Source: Carcharhinus longimanus | Lineage: Eukaryota | Length of the DNA stretch: 64,000 bases | Direction: 5' to 3' | NCBI GenBank assembly: GCA_030264375.1 | Contig: JASCQW010000109.1 | Location: 30,413,004-30,477,003 of the forward strand | Shown here: piece after piece, positions 1-13,435 of the stretch | How positions within the stretch are numbered: the first letter of the stretch is position 1 | How the letters are laid out: each line of letters opens with the position of its first letter | Notes under the pieces: model-generated | Databases searched by the model: none | What the model was told of the DNA's origin: nothing | What the model saw: only the letters and a program-made list of their open reading frames with translations | Position numbers and translations under genes: made by a program

Positions 1-97
1 CAGCAACCTTTTGTGAGGCACCTTATCAAATGCCTTCTGGAAATCTAAATACACCACATCCACTGGTTCCCCTCTGTCAACGGCACTCGTTATTTCC
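1..97 (-). mobile_element. CR1 LINE RT fragment
   Basis: Reverse strand encodes GEPVDVVYLDFQKAFDKVPHKRL. Confidence 0.8.
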
Positions 98-99
98 TC

Positions 100-322
100 A
101 TATCCTCAAGAACAGTTTCTCCCCTGTTGCCATCAGGCTTCTGAATGGGCCTACCTCACATTAAGTTGATCTTTCTCTATGCTCTAACTATGACTGTAAC
201 ACTATGTTCTGCACTTTTCCCTTTCCTTCCCTATGTATGGTATGCTTTGTCTGTATAGCTTGCAAGAACCAATACTTTTCACTGTATACTAATACATGTG
301 ACAATAATAAATCAAATCAAAT
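100..322 (+). mobile_element. Rex1/Babar-type LINE 3' end
   Basis: Same 3'UTR and TGTGACAATAATAAATCAAATCAAA tail as the copy at 56941-57113. Confidence 0.75.
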
Positions 323-1402
323 TAAGTCAGAGATGGTGTCCACTGTGGACCTGTAGCAAAGGCAACAGGTGAACTGTTGTGGATCCAGGCAATCTGGGAG
401 GCTGGAGTTGATCCGTGCCATGACTAGCTATTGAGGCGCTTCCTAATGATGGACATTAAGAATAGTGTTTGAAAACCTTAGAAACTAAACTCCATACTTA
501 TGTTCTGTTGAATAGGATTCTGGAGGGAGAGATGTGTCCTGCATCATCGAGACGCTGTTAATGATCATGGATCTTTTGTTAGGGATCAGCCACAGAGGAT
601 CCAGGAAGACATATACGATTTCAGTTGTGATTCAATCTCAAGCAATTGGAATGGATGTATCCAGGTGACCAGACAGAAGCTTCAAACTGCACTGAATGGT
701 TAATGTCTTTTCTTGGACACGTTCTCAAGATAGCTTGAAGGAGAAGTGGCACTGCTATATGTGGTGGTAATTGGCCTTCAGCTGAAATTGCAACAATGCC
801 ATGTTCCCCTTCTCCTGAAACCATTCCTATAAATGCTGTTTCACATTCACTCAATATTTTCCTTTGCAGATGGTGAACATGCACACAGCCATGAAGCTGA
901 AGAAAGTCAACAAGGTAAGGACTGCAAGGGGCCAGTGGGGCATTTATTCCATGAATCATTTAATTTCAGGATGTCAATGCACAAACGCGGAAGCAATGTT
1001 CTGACATCTTCTATGAGACACTGTTTATTATCTGCTGAAGTGATGCATCTCCTGGAAATTGTAAATATGTTACGTGGGAGGTTGGTATTTAAGTCCGCAA
1101 AGCCAATGCTTAACAGAATCTTCTCCAGCAATGCAGTGAGTTTAAAATTCCACTTCTATTGCCTGTGTTTCTATAGTAAAGGAAGCTCTTTCAGAGCCTC
1201 TAGAAGAAGGTGATGTTCCATGTCCTAATTTAAAACAGCCATGTCTAACCAATGGCAATTTTTTTTGTCACTTCAGATCCCCAGTGCAAGTGCAGACATT
1301 GTTGCGGAGCTAACATAAGGGAGAATCTGAAGTACAGAGAAAACCATAGGAATTTGATAAAGGGAATTATTGTGGACCTATGTAGTGGAGCACAATATAG
1401 GG

Positions 1403-1915
1403 TCTGAGGAAATTTGGCATGTCAGCTATGACTCTCAGCAACTTTTACAGATGCACCGTAGAAAGCATTCTTACTGGTTGTATCACAGCTTGGTATGGCT
1501 CCTGCTCTGCCCAAGACTGCAAGAAATGACAAAAGGTGATGAACATAGCCCAATCCATCACGCAAACCAGCCTCCCATCCATTGACTCTGTCTACACTTT
1601 CTGCTGCCTCAGCCAAGCAGCCAACTTAATTAAGGACCCCTTGCACGCTGGACATTTTCTCTTCCACCTTTTTCCACCGGGAAAAAGATGTAAAAGTCTG
1701 AGGTCATGTACCAACCAACTCAAGAACAGCTTCTTCCCTGCTGTTGTCAGATTTTGAATGGACTTACCTTGCATTAAGTTGATCTTTCTCCACACCCTAG
1801 CTATGACTGTAACACTACATTCTGCACTCTCTCGTTTTCTTCTCTATGAATGGTGTGCTTTGTTTGCAGAGCGCACAGGAAACAATAGTTTTCATTGTAT
1901 GTTAAAATCAAATCA
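1403..1915 (+). mobile_element. Rex1/Babar-type LINE 3' fragment
   Basis: RKFGMSAMTLSNFYRCTVESILTGCITAWYGSC...LKNSFFPAVVR, followed by the shared 3'UTR. Confidence 0.8.
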
Positions 1916-4900
1916 GAAAGAAAGGCCAACCTCTTAGTGATAGAAATAACTTCTCATATATCATCAACTCAAATGGGCTCACAGGATTGAAAACTTACAA
2001 ATGCTCATTATGGCCTTTATACTTAATGATCGATGGGCTCTCCCAGAACTCAGAACTAGTAATTTTATTCTAGCTAGGCTATGGCCTGGAAAATGTGAAC
2101 CTAAAGTGGAATTATTCTTAGACGAATGAAGTGAGGAGTCTGTTGGGAAAAGGGGCTGAATGGAATCAACACTTGCTTCATTTTCCCAATGGCTACTCAG
2201 GTTGTAGTTCACTGTCCGAGTTCTTTTTCTTCACTTTGAAGCTTTATCTTTGCGCAATCATTCCCTGCCACCATGGGCTGCATTTTCACCTTACAGGTGG
2301 GTAGCTCAAGTTTGTAAAATTCCTGGCTCAGTGCATCTGCCTCAGGAAAATTTTCCCCAAATGGTGTAACTTTCATTCAGGGGGCTGGGGTGGTGAGGGG
2401 GTGGGGAGGATTATAGGGGGGCGGTCAGCTGTGTGGAGTGGAGTTGGGCCCATCATCCTCAGATGCAGATGGGAGATGGCCATAGGGGCTGTCAAGTGTC
2501 AAAGCTGCTGGTGAAAATGCATACCTTTGTTCTCTAGAACATAGTCCTAGTGGTGCTGCTAAATATTAGGCATTCTAGTCCTTGCCCCTGATATCCTCTC
2601 AGCCTCCCATGCCCCATTCATACTAACATATGCCTCTCCACTCATCCCCATGGCCCCGTAGAGCACCTATCCCAAGTTGGTGACAATACTTGCCTCCACC
2701 ATCCATCATCCTTTGCCCTTATACCTGCCATGCCAACTCATCCAGTATCCAGCCTGCCCAGAGCTCAGAGCCTATTCTGGGATGAAATTCCAAAACAGTT
2801 TTGTTTCTACGACAGACTCCTCCATATAAAATCCATGAAATCATCTGTAAATATAATACAATTAAATTCCTTGATGTACTTAGTCCTTTATAAAAACAAA
2901 TACTTGTATTCACAACCCATATCAAAGACAACAATAGTTTAACAACAGCTGTCATTAAAACTGTAAACTTACAAACTCCACTATGATAATAACAGATTGT
3001 GGAAGCAATCAAGCAGTATTAATGCTACAATGATAACATATAAAATTATATCAACAAACATCGATTGAAATTGCTAGAAATGACTTTTTTCACTCTCACA
3101 GACACAAGCAGTTTTCCCCCAAAATTTAAAGAGCACTGGATTTAAACAACTTCACAGCTTGAGAGTTTTACATATCTGATCTGCCTTTCGTAAGAGTTGA
3201 TATCTCTGCCACAAAGTCATGGAACACAGTCCTGTAGATTGAGGCATTTCCTAGAGCAAAAAATGGGGTTATTTATTCAACACACTGAGTTTCAATGGCC
3301 CAGCCAATTTATAATTCACACCTTTGCACTTCACAGCCCACCCATCCCCTTTCCCCTACCGGCAAAATGGGATCTGCAGAAAATGAGGGCAGGACTTCTG
3401 GATCCAGGTCCCATCCACTATTTCAAAAGATCCCCAGAGTCTTCATGGCTTTGTGAAGATCCAACCCCGTATTTCAATCCAAAATGGTGCAAAAGGATAG
3501 AACTGGAGATAATCTTTATACCCTTATGTAGACTTTTATTTACAAAGTCTTATATCTCCATGACATTATTAGTCTTTTTCTATTTAAAGACGCACAATTG
3601 AATTCCCAGTTAATGCCAACCACCTGCAAACAATTAAACACAACTGATGTACAATTAACACTTGGGTGAATAAATCCCAATTTAATTCAAACATGTTATT
3701 TATTTAACAGTTATTGAATTAACAGAAGCGTCTATCATTGGAAAAGAAACAAAAATGAACTTGCGCACGTGGAGATTTCTTTCATCAATTATCCATTCCA
3801 GTGAACTTGACTTTGCTGGTAATTTTCCCCCATATAAATGTTTAACCTTCTCCACATCGAATGAAATAAAGTCAAAGAAATTATAGCTCAACAAAGAAGG
3901 AGACTATCAACATATTTAATCAGTTAGTGCAAGGTCCTCAACTGGGATTAGTTGTAAGTACAAGTTCCTTCTTCAAATACCCTGAAAGCTGCCATATTGT
4001 ACCTGGTGCCACTGTGTCAATGGAGTAGAAATTCATTATGGTTCAATGGACCAGAGGCAACAGACTCATTAGTAGAGCTTCATTCTGGGTTCTCTGTCTT
4101 GCTGGTAGAGCTTGATATAGTTAGGAACAGTAATATAGTCGGAGCCAGCAAATTCTGTCATTGGATTCCCTTAAACATGCATTTTGGGCCCTTTCTAATG
4201 GTGGATCCAACACTTGTTTAAGTCAGCAATTTGGAGCATCTGAAAATCTACAAATATTAATATGGCTTTGCAAGTATTTCATGCATACTTATGGCATTGC
4301 CCTGCAAAATAGTCATTTTTACACAAGAAGGAAAAAAGTCTGCTCTGTGGGTTGCTGTTTGGAGTCGTTCCGTGAAACAGATGTGGATTATCCACTGCTT
4401 TGACTGTTGCAACAGTAAATACATTCTTTATATATATTTGAAAAAAAAAATCTTCCAAAACACAAAGCTGAAAACTATGAAAATACTTATTGACATACTT
4501 CAAAAAAAGCAGGATTTCCAATTTTTGCTTTTGTTCACTTGGGACACAGCTAGAATCAATCAAAATCCTTTCAAGACATTCTGTGCAACAAACTTGAATC
4601 AAATCAAAGTACTACCCTGGTTTGTGCAACTTAGCTGAACTGTTTTTAAATTGAATCAATTATGAGTAAAGTGAAATGAATTGATCTGGATGTCTGTGAA
4701 GTAATCATGTTATTGTAAACAGTCCAAAGACTTTCTGCTGCTCTCCTCGGATTCATTTAAACACTCCCCTCCCTCTTAAAGGACTCAGTGAGCTGAAATT
4801 TACCTAGGTCTGTTTCAGGTCAGGACTCAGCACAGCACATGAGTGGAACAAGCTAACTTTATTAGTCAGGGGCCTTTGCAGAATGAAATCGGTGCCTGTT

Positions 4901-5194
4901 AATTTGAAGCCTCACTATTCAGAACTTTTAATACATGCTTGAGCTATTTAAAATTAGCCAGCAGCTCTTAAAACCTCACTTTGGCTACAGGCATCAAGCG
5001 ACATAACAGAAGAAGCAGATACTTGAAAGTTCTCTCTTATTACAGAAACTGTAATGGAATTCCAGATGGCAGTCAACCAAGAGGAGAGACCTCTTCTTCT
5101 CATCTAGTAGCAGGAAGTTTTTCCTCTGATTTTCTCAAAAGCACTACACAGAAGAGGCAGAGGCCACCACAGTTCAGATGAATGTCCTGACCAA

Positions 5195-5515
5195 AACTGC
5201 TAAGGATGACCTTAGTACAATAGTGAGAGATGACCTCAATTCGAAAGATCAAGATGTAGAATGAGTTTGGGCAGAGATAGGAAATAGCAAAAGAAAGAAT
5301 TCAGCTGTTGAAGTAGATTTTTGGCCTCCTATTGGATATGGCGCTGCAGGACATGGTATACAGGAAGAAATAATGAGGGCTTGTAGGAAAGGCACTGCAA
5401 TTATCAGGATTGATTTTAACCTATATATTAGATTAGATGAATCAGATCACCAAAGGAAGCTGTAAGATGAGTTGGTAGAATGTTTTCAGGACAGCCTCTT
5501 AGAGCAGTAAGTTCT
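5195..5515 (+). mobile_element. CR1 LINE endonuclease-domain fragment (decayed)
   Basis: Remnant of the QDVE-VWAEIGNSK...IIRIDFNL motif region, with stops. Confidence 0.6.
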
Positions 5516-5869
5516 TATCATGACAACCACAAGGATCACGGAGAATCATCAATAGATCTACTCATGGGCTTTATGAGTATGAGCTGCCTTACTGAGCGAG
5601 CAGAGGCTCACCAAATGGGAAGCACTCAGTGGGGGTTTTTAAGACTATTATGTTACCCGGACTGGAGTTGTAGATCTCAAGGTGAAGACTGCCTGACTGA
5701 AAGCCATGGGGGGGGGGGGGCGCGCGCATTTTCTTTGGTGCACAATGAAAGGTACTGGGAAGGGAAACTGGTGTTTGGCTGAATTACTGCATTGGCGATA
5801 AGGAGAACACTTATTTTTCCTCCACTTTTTCATCTAGACAGCCTCTGAACATTAAGGACTCTTTTGGAT

Positions 5870-6570
5870 TCAGAAGGAAGATGTTCTTAAATTGAGAAGG
5901 AAGAGTTGGCGGTCATATTGGTGTGAAGAAGTTCCATCAATATGTCTATAGTTAATGATATTTTGTAGTTACTGACCATAAACCTTTACTGGGCATCTTC
6001 AAAGAGGATAAAACTATTAATCACTGTTCGCCCGCGCGGGGNNNNNNNNNNGTTCCCCACCGCCCCCCCCCCCACCCCCCCACCCACCTCCCACTATCAC
6101 TTCCGATTGGATACAGCACTTGGTCCTGGTATTGTTGACCGATAAATATATTCTGGAACTGTGCTTTGGTATTCTGATAGCTAATGTGGATGCACTGAGT
6201 TGCCTCTCGCTTCCCACAATCCTGGCTGCTTTACAAGCAGTAGAAGAGGTGTGATGACCCTAAACAATTTGGAGACATTGGCGGTACCAGCAAGCAGATC
6301 ATAACCTATTCCTAAAAAGAGCCAACCTTATCTAAAATAAAGCACATGATCTCACAAGGTGGATTCCAAGGATGACCTTCCCAGGAAATAAAACCATACC
6401 TCATTACGAAAGCTGAACTTAGTGTTGAATCTGTGATCATTCTTTTCGGGTTCCCAAGTAATTTTTCCATTCTCGGAACACTGTCCAATATTAAAGGAAC
6501 TACATAATGCCTGAATGACCACCTGAGAGTATCGAAAATGAAGATACTGGCTTTGCGCTATGTCTGTACA
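5870..6570 (+). mobile_element. Gypsy LTR retrotransposon pol remnant (RNase H to integrase Zn finger)
   Basis: IEKEELA...GVKKFHQYV, TDHKPLLGIFKEDK, IANVDALS, ILKELHNA and SKMKILA motifs with frameshifts. Confidence 0.75.
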
Positions 6571-9282
6571 AATCATTTCTTTGTTATATAACCTCCTCTA
6601 GGACCTGTAACGGTTTCTTCATGCATGCATTTCCTTTTGCAAAACAAGGAGATGATTGATGGCATGAATCCAACGATTTAATTTTAGAGATTTCATTTTT
6701 TCTACATCGTTAGTTTGCAGCCAGTGAAGTAAATCGGTAACCTTTTCTCACTCATACCTTTTTTTTGATAGTACATTATCACACAATACATGATTATCTA
6801 TGTAACATTCAATAGGAATTCTATCTTTGAAACAGAATTTCACTTTTAACTATTTAAGAAATAGAATCCCATATGCACTGTCTCCATAAGTGATAGTGTC
6901 TCTATCGTTAAAATATCTTTTAATTTTTTTTAGTTTCCCAAGCTAAAGGACAACTTCTAATACCCTAATCAATGCCTAGGTTCTCAGCGAAGACTACATA
7001 ATGAGGCTTGACTAAGAACCCAGACACTTTTTAGTCTGTTGAAACATTTGAGCCCATGAGGAAACATTGCTTGATTGACTGCTCTAGCTCTCTGACCACA
7101 TCTGTCAAATGCACAATGTTTATTTATCATCAAGTGGTTAAGAGCATCAAGTGCTTGCAGTTTCTACCACTTAAACTTTAAACATTCTAGATGATTGACA
7201 CTTCTATTGGGCTATGGTAAAGTGAAACCTTTTTTTAAAGAAAGCAGAAAATCATTAATGAACTACTTTTTTTAGAGTTTTACATAACCTACATTGGATC
7301 CTGTACATCCAAAGATGGATTGACCATCTAAATTATCTGTTAGCATCTCTAGATGTGTAGGGAAGGGGGATTGACAGGATAACTGCATAGGGTTATGGGA
7401 TAGGGCAGGGGTGGGCTTGGTTAAGCTGTTCTGTTGGTGCAGACTGAATGGGCTGAATAGCCTTCTTCTGCAATGTACAGATTCTATGATTTTATGATTC
7501 TACTGTCTCTGGAGGCTACATTATGTATGAATACAATGTTCAATGAGTAAATCAACATGATAGCTTGGCATGAGGGCCATGGGAACCTATTGAAGTGCTT
7601 TGAGGAGGCCAGGCTTGTCAATAAATCATGAGGGGCCTCAGGGGATAGGTGGGAGCATAATTTGGCATGGGCGAATGAGGAAAAATGGGAGTGGGTGGGT
7701 GTCATGAGGTGACATGGAAGAAGCTTGGTGAGTGTTTGGAGTGTAAGGGATGTGACAAAGTCCCACAGCACCAAAGCGGACCTTTTAAACAGCCTACTTC
7801 TGCATCTGACATGACTGCAGTTGCCTCTAAACTTTCTCCTGGGTAGCTGGCCCAGTAGCAGCCTCCTCCCCATAAAACTCCAGCCCATTAACTTTGTTTC
7901 CCCCCATGGATGCTGCCTGACTTGCTGAATATTTCCAGCATTTCTTGTTATAATCATAATTTTAAATTCTACTCAAATGTGATCAGTAACATGTTTCTCA
8001 AATTCCACAGTACCAGCACATGAGAAGTCATCAACTTGCATCAGGAAAATTCCTGAAAGTTTTCCTTCATAATATCAATAAAACATTGCAGTATTAGAAA
8101 CTCTTTTCAGTAAAACAGATCGCACCCTTCCCTCAAACAAAATCACAGCCTGGAAGCATTCTTCAGGTCCTCGACATATTTGTTTGGTTGCTATAGTTTT
8201 CATTTTGCATTTGCTGCCTCTTCGTATGATTTCAGAAACACTTCTCTCTAATAGATATCACTTGGCAGAAGCATAACTTTTTTGTTTATTTGATCTACTC
8301 TTCTACTTTTATGTGGTCAGAATAACTAAAAAGGTTTACAAGATTACTTTGTCATCTGTGATACAGTCCATTCTAACACCTGTATTTCCCAGTTATTCTT
8401 CAATTCCCCTAGCAACTAGTCTCATTCAGGCCTTATAAGTGCCAATGATTTTTTTCCAGTATAAATCTATCCACATGAAAAAACTGGCTGACCCTATGTG
8501 GTACCTCAGGATAAACTGAGCCCAACTATCTAATTCCTTGTATTCCCACTCTTATGAGTTTATCCTCAGGTTTACTGGCAACCACCATAACTTTATAATT
8601 AAGAGGACTTCTGCTTTTACATCTGTGCTGTGAATACTCTGGCGCTTTCATTTCCTTATGTAATTGACCTATAACTTCCACTTTGGTGTGTCTGCCAGGA
8701 CAACCACTAGCTCTGGCACTTGCTCATTTTCTGACACAAATGCCACTTCTTGAACCACTATCAAATCTAATGTCTCCTCATGCTGCCTGTCATTTAACAT
8801 TTCATATTTTGATGCTTGAGTCTGATATCATAATCCATTCATAATCTGGCATTCTTGAGCCCTCCATTTTTGATGTCTCCATGGAATGTCCCATTTGTCT
8901 CACACTCCACTTGTCAGACTTTTGCTACACATGAATTTTTTTGGGAAGATTGTCCCCATCGTGTTTCTTGGAATGTTTATCCAAGAATTCTAAAAGAAGA
9001 TCCAAGCCTTCATTACTATCCAACAACTCACAAAATACTTTGCAGGCAGCCCTTGGACTTGCGACACAATTGGGTCCTGAAAATCGTGCTATAAGTCGAA
9101 ACCAGTTTTCTCATATGAACAATGTTAGAAATAGGGGATTAGCTCCTGAACCAAGGCACGGAGCCCTTTTTTCACTGAATAGTGAAAGGTTTTTGAGGAT
9201 TTGCTTCTGTATAATTGCCTTACAATAATGTATTTCCCATGATATAATTGTGCCGATACATTCAATGGTGCTTCTATACTAT

Positions 9283-9411
9283 GTGCAGGATTTTACGGGC
9301 TTGTTGTACTGAAATTGTAAATTCCCACCTGAGGTCAATGGACCTTTCCATTGTCTGCTCCTCGCCCGCTCCAATCCCTGTGGTGGGTGGGTGGGGTGGT
9401 AAAATTCCAGC
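9283..9411 (+). mobile_element. MITE-like non-autonomous DNA element
   Basis: Imperfect TIRs GCAGGATTTTAC...GTAAAATTCCAGC; homologous inverted copy at 30296-30420. Confidence 0.6.
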
Positions 9412-10239
9412 CTATATTTGAGAAGTAATTTGCCCTTACTGAGGTTATGAAAGATGAAACATAAAGAAACAATTGACAAGGACCAACAGTTCACTAGCGT
9501 GGCATCATAAAGTCGAAACCAGCATTGTAAATTCAAAATCGGATGCGTCTACTTCTGATTTTATTTCAGGTAGTCAAGCCCCTACCTTGTTCTTCCTTGG
9601 TAGGGATGTAACCCATGCCTACATTTCCAATGGCAATGAGATGAGGCCTTTAAGTGGGAATTAATTGCCCACTTAAGGGCTTCAATTGTTGAAGATGGTC
9701 ACAGTCTAACATTTACATGGTGCAAATGTTCCTATAATTAAGATTATTCTATATCTTTAAAACAAAAGTGCCCATTAGAACTTACCTGAAGGGTACAGAA
9801 CATGTTGATTAGTTTATGTAAACCAGAACGGCAAATTATTAAAAAAGCGCTCAATCTCATTGAAGCTTGCAACAAATCATATCATTAAAAAATGATAGCT
9901 TTCCTTTTCTCTTAACTGTCGCTTATCTTTGCTACCATCAAACCACATGATCCATGACCTCCACTTACATCCACTTTCTAGGTATTCTGCTGCCCAGACT
10001 ATGGGAATTCTTCTTCAGAAACCCTAGACTAGCCTATGGCTGTTTCTGAAGATCAGATTTCTCTTATGGTCTTTCACACTGTTCATTTTCAGACCTCCTC
10101 ATCTTTTTGGCCTGCCACAAAAAGGGAAAGATCCAGCCTTTCTCAGCAAGGACACTGTCATTTCATATGGTTTCAATTTTCAATGGACTGAGATAAAGTA
10201 ATTAAAGAAAGCCACTCTTTAATTACTTAGTAATTAGAG

Positions 10240-12172
10240 TTACTAATAACTACCGTAATTCTATTAGTTTTAAAATAGCTATGGAGAATGATAGGTCTGG
10301 CCCAAAAGTTAAAATTCTAAACTACAGTTAGGCCAATTTTGATGGCATCACGCAGGAACTTACAAAAGTTAATTGGGGGAGTCTGTGGGAAGGCAGAGGG
10401 ATATCTGGTAAATGGGAGGCTTTCAAAAGTGTGTTAACCAGGGTTCAGATTAAGCACATTCCTCTTAGAGCGAAGGGCAATGACTCAGNNNNNNNNNNNN
10501 NNNNNNNNNNNNNNNNNNNNNNNNNNNNNNNNNNNNNNNNNNNNNNNNNNNNNNNNNNNNNNNNNNNNNNNNNNNNNNNNNNNNNNNNCAGGAAGTTCCA
10601 ACAGTTAATTGGGGGAATCTGTGGGAAGGCAAAAGGACGTCTGGTAAGTGGGAGGCTTTCAGGATTCAGAGTAAGCACTTCCTCTTAGAGTGAAGGGCAA
10701 GGTTGATAGAAATAGGGAACACTGGATGACTCGAAATATTGACATCCTGGTCAAGAAGAAGAAGGAGGAACATGACAGGTATAGGCAGCTGGGATCAAGT
10801 GGATCCCTTGAAGAGTATAGAGAGTTTAGGCATTGAGTTAAGAGAGAAATCAGGAGGGCATAAAAGGGGACAAAAGATTGTTTTGGCAGAAAAGACAACG
10901 GAGAATCCAAAGAGCTTCTACAATACATAAAGGGCAAAAGAGTAACAAGGGAGAGAGTAGGGTCTCTTAAGGATCAACAAGATCATCTATGTGTGGATCC
11001 ACAAGAGATGGGTGAGATCCTAAATGAATATTTCTCATTATTATTTACTGTTGAGAAAAGCATGGATGTTAGAGAACTTGGAGAAATAAATAGTAATGTC
11101 TTGAGGAATGTGCATATAACAGAGAAGGAGATGCTGGAAGTCTTAAACTGCATCAAAGTAGATAAATTCCCAGGACCTGATGAAGTGTACCCCAATACAT
11201 TATGCGAGGCTAAGGAGGAAATTGCGGGTCCCAATCAAAGATATTTGAGTCATCAATAGCCACAGGTGAGGTGCCTGAAGATTGGAGGGTGGCAAATATT
11301 GTGCCACTGTTTAGAAAGGGCTGCAGGGAAAAGCTACAGGCCAGTGAGCCTCACATCAGTGGTGGGTAAATTGTTAGAAGGTATTGTGAGAGACAGGATC
11401 TTCAGACATTTCGAGTCACAAGGATTGATTAGGGACAGTCAGCATGGCTTTATGAGTGGAAAATCATGTCTCGCAAATTTGATTGAGTTTTTTGAAGGAG
11501 TAAACAAGCAGGTAGATGAGGGCAGTGCAATTGATGTTGTCTACGTGGACTTTAGCAAGGTCTTTGACAAGGTACTGCATGGTAGGTTGTTGCATAAGGT
11601 TAAATCTCATGGGATCCAAGGTGAGGTAGCTAAATGGATACAAAATTGGCTTAATGACAGAAGACAGAGGGTAGTTTTAGAGGGTTGTTTTTCAAACTTG
11701 AGGCCTGTGACCAGCAGCGTGCTTCAGGAATCAGTGCTGGGTCCACTGTTATTTATCAGTTATCATTTATATTAATGATTTGGATGAGAATATAGGAGGC
11801 ATGGTTAGTAAGTTTGCAGGTGACACCAAGATTGATGGCATAGCGGACAGCGAATAAAGTTATCTTGGACTGCAATGGGATATTGATCAATTGGGCCAGT
11901 GAATTGACGAATGGCAGATGGAGTTTAATTTACGCAAATGCAAGATAATGCAGTTTGGTAGATTGACCCACGACAGGACTTATTCAGTTAATGGGAGGGC
12001 ATTGGTGAGAGTTACAGAGCAAAGAGATCTAGGGGTATAAGTTCAAAGCTCCTTGAAAGTGGAATCACAGGTGGACAGCATGGTGAAGAAGGTAGTCAGC
12101 ATGCTTGGTTTCATTGATCAGAATATTGAATACAGGAGTTGGGACGTCTTGTTGAAGTTGTACAAGACATTG
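10240..12172 (+). mobile_element. CR1 (HER1-like) LINE ORF2, decayed
   Basis: KFPGPDEVYP, YRPVSLTSVVGKLLE, SQHGF, DVVYVDFSKVFDKV, SVLGPLLF, SKFAGDTK; frameshifts and stops. Confidence 0.92.
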
Positions 12173-12285
12173 NNNNNNNNNNNNNNNNNNNNNNNNNNNN
12201 NNNNNNNNNNNNNNNNNNNNNNNNNNNNNNNNNNNNNNNNNNNNNNNNNNNNNNNNNNNNNNNNNNNNNNNNAAGGATCTATGTC

Positions 12286-12600
12286 ATAAAATCCCCGCAG
12301 TGCAGAAGGAGGCCATTGGCCCATCACGCCTGCACAGACGATAATCCCACTCAGGCCCTATCCCCATTACCCCATGCATTTGCCCTAGCTAGATTCCTGA
12401 CACCAAGGTCAATTTAGCATGGCAAATCCACCTAACCCGCACATCTCTGGACTGTGGGAGGAAATCAGAGCACCTGGAGGAAACCTGCGCAGATACGAGG
12501 AGAGCATGTAAACTCCACACAGTCACCCGAGGCCCAAGTTGAACCCAGATCCTTGGCGCTGTGAGGCAGCAGTGCTAACCACTGTGCCACTGCACTGTCC
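12286..12600 (-). mobile_element. tRNA-derived SINE (HE1/V-SINE type) with CR1-type tail
   Basis: Head GTGGCACAGTGGTTAGCACTGCTGCCTCACAGCGCCAAGG..GGTTCAA (A/B boxes), central GGTTTCCTCCAGGTGCTC domain, tail GGGCCAATGGCCTCCTTCTGCAC. Confidence 0.85.
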
Positions 12601-12979
12601 AGCTGTAGAACGTAGTGTGGGGTTGAAGCAGGGTTTGGAAGCAATAGTGCTAACCACTGTGCCACCATGCTGCCCAGTTGTAGAAGGTGGTATGGGGTAA
12701 AAGCAGGGTTTGGATGAATTCCAGGTCCTAGACACCTCCAAATATATCCAGTTAACCCCTGGTGGCCATTCAGATCCTGTATTTGAGAGGGCAAACGGCT
12801 GACCTATAGAGGACTCCTTAAATGCCTTTCAGAATCAGCTGCTAGGAGGCACACAAGGCAGGTCGATGGATTGCTGTGCTGACCAGCTGTAGAAGGTGAT
12901 GGGGGTGGAAGCAGAGTTTGGATGGGGAGAGATTGAAAAAGTAAGTTGGGACCAACCTCCAATAACTACAGGAACAGAA

Positions 12980-13435
12980 AACATTACTAGGATGCTACCA
13001 GGATTTAATAGTTTGAATTATAAAGAGAGGCTGGATAGACTGGGATTTAGGGTTGATCCTACTGAGATCTATAAAATAATGAGGGACATAGATCAGCTAG
13101 ATAGTCAGTATCTTTTCCCAAAGATAGGGGAATCTAAAACTGGAGGGCATAGGTTTAAGGTGAGAGGGGAGAGATACAAAAGTGGCTAGAGGGGCAATTT
13201 CTTCACACAGAGGATGGTGAGTGTCTTCAACAAGCTGCCTGAGGTAGTAGTAGAGGTGAATACAATTTGTCTTTTAAAAAGCATTTAGACAGTTACATGG
13301 GTACAATGGGTATAGAGGGTTATGGGCTAAATGCAGGCAACTGAGACTAGCTTAGGGCTCTAAAAAAAAGGCGGCATGGACAAGTCGGGCCGAAGGCCTG
13401 TCTCCATGCTTGAAACCTCTATTACTCTATGACTA
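12980..13435 (+). mobile_element. CR1 LINE 3' end
   Basis: TRMLPG...YKERLDRLG...KTGGHRFKVRGERY, ending in (ACTCTATG)-type repeats. Confidence 0.85.

Noticed and set aside
13240-13252. TGAGGTAGTAG identical to the let-7 5' end
   Set aside because: Lies in CR1 ORF2 (LPEVVV codons; same text at ~36439); no precursor hairpin.
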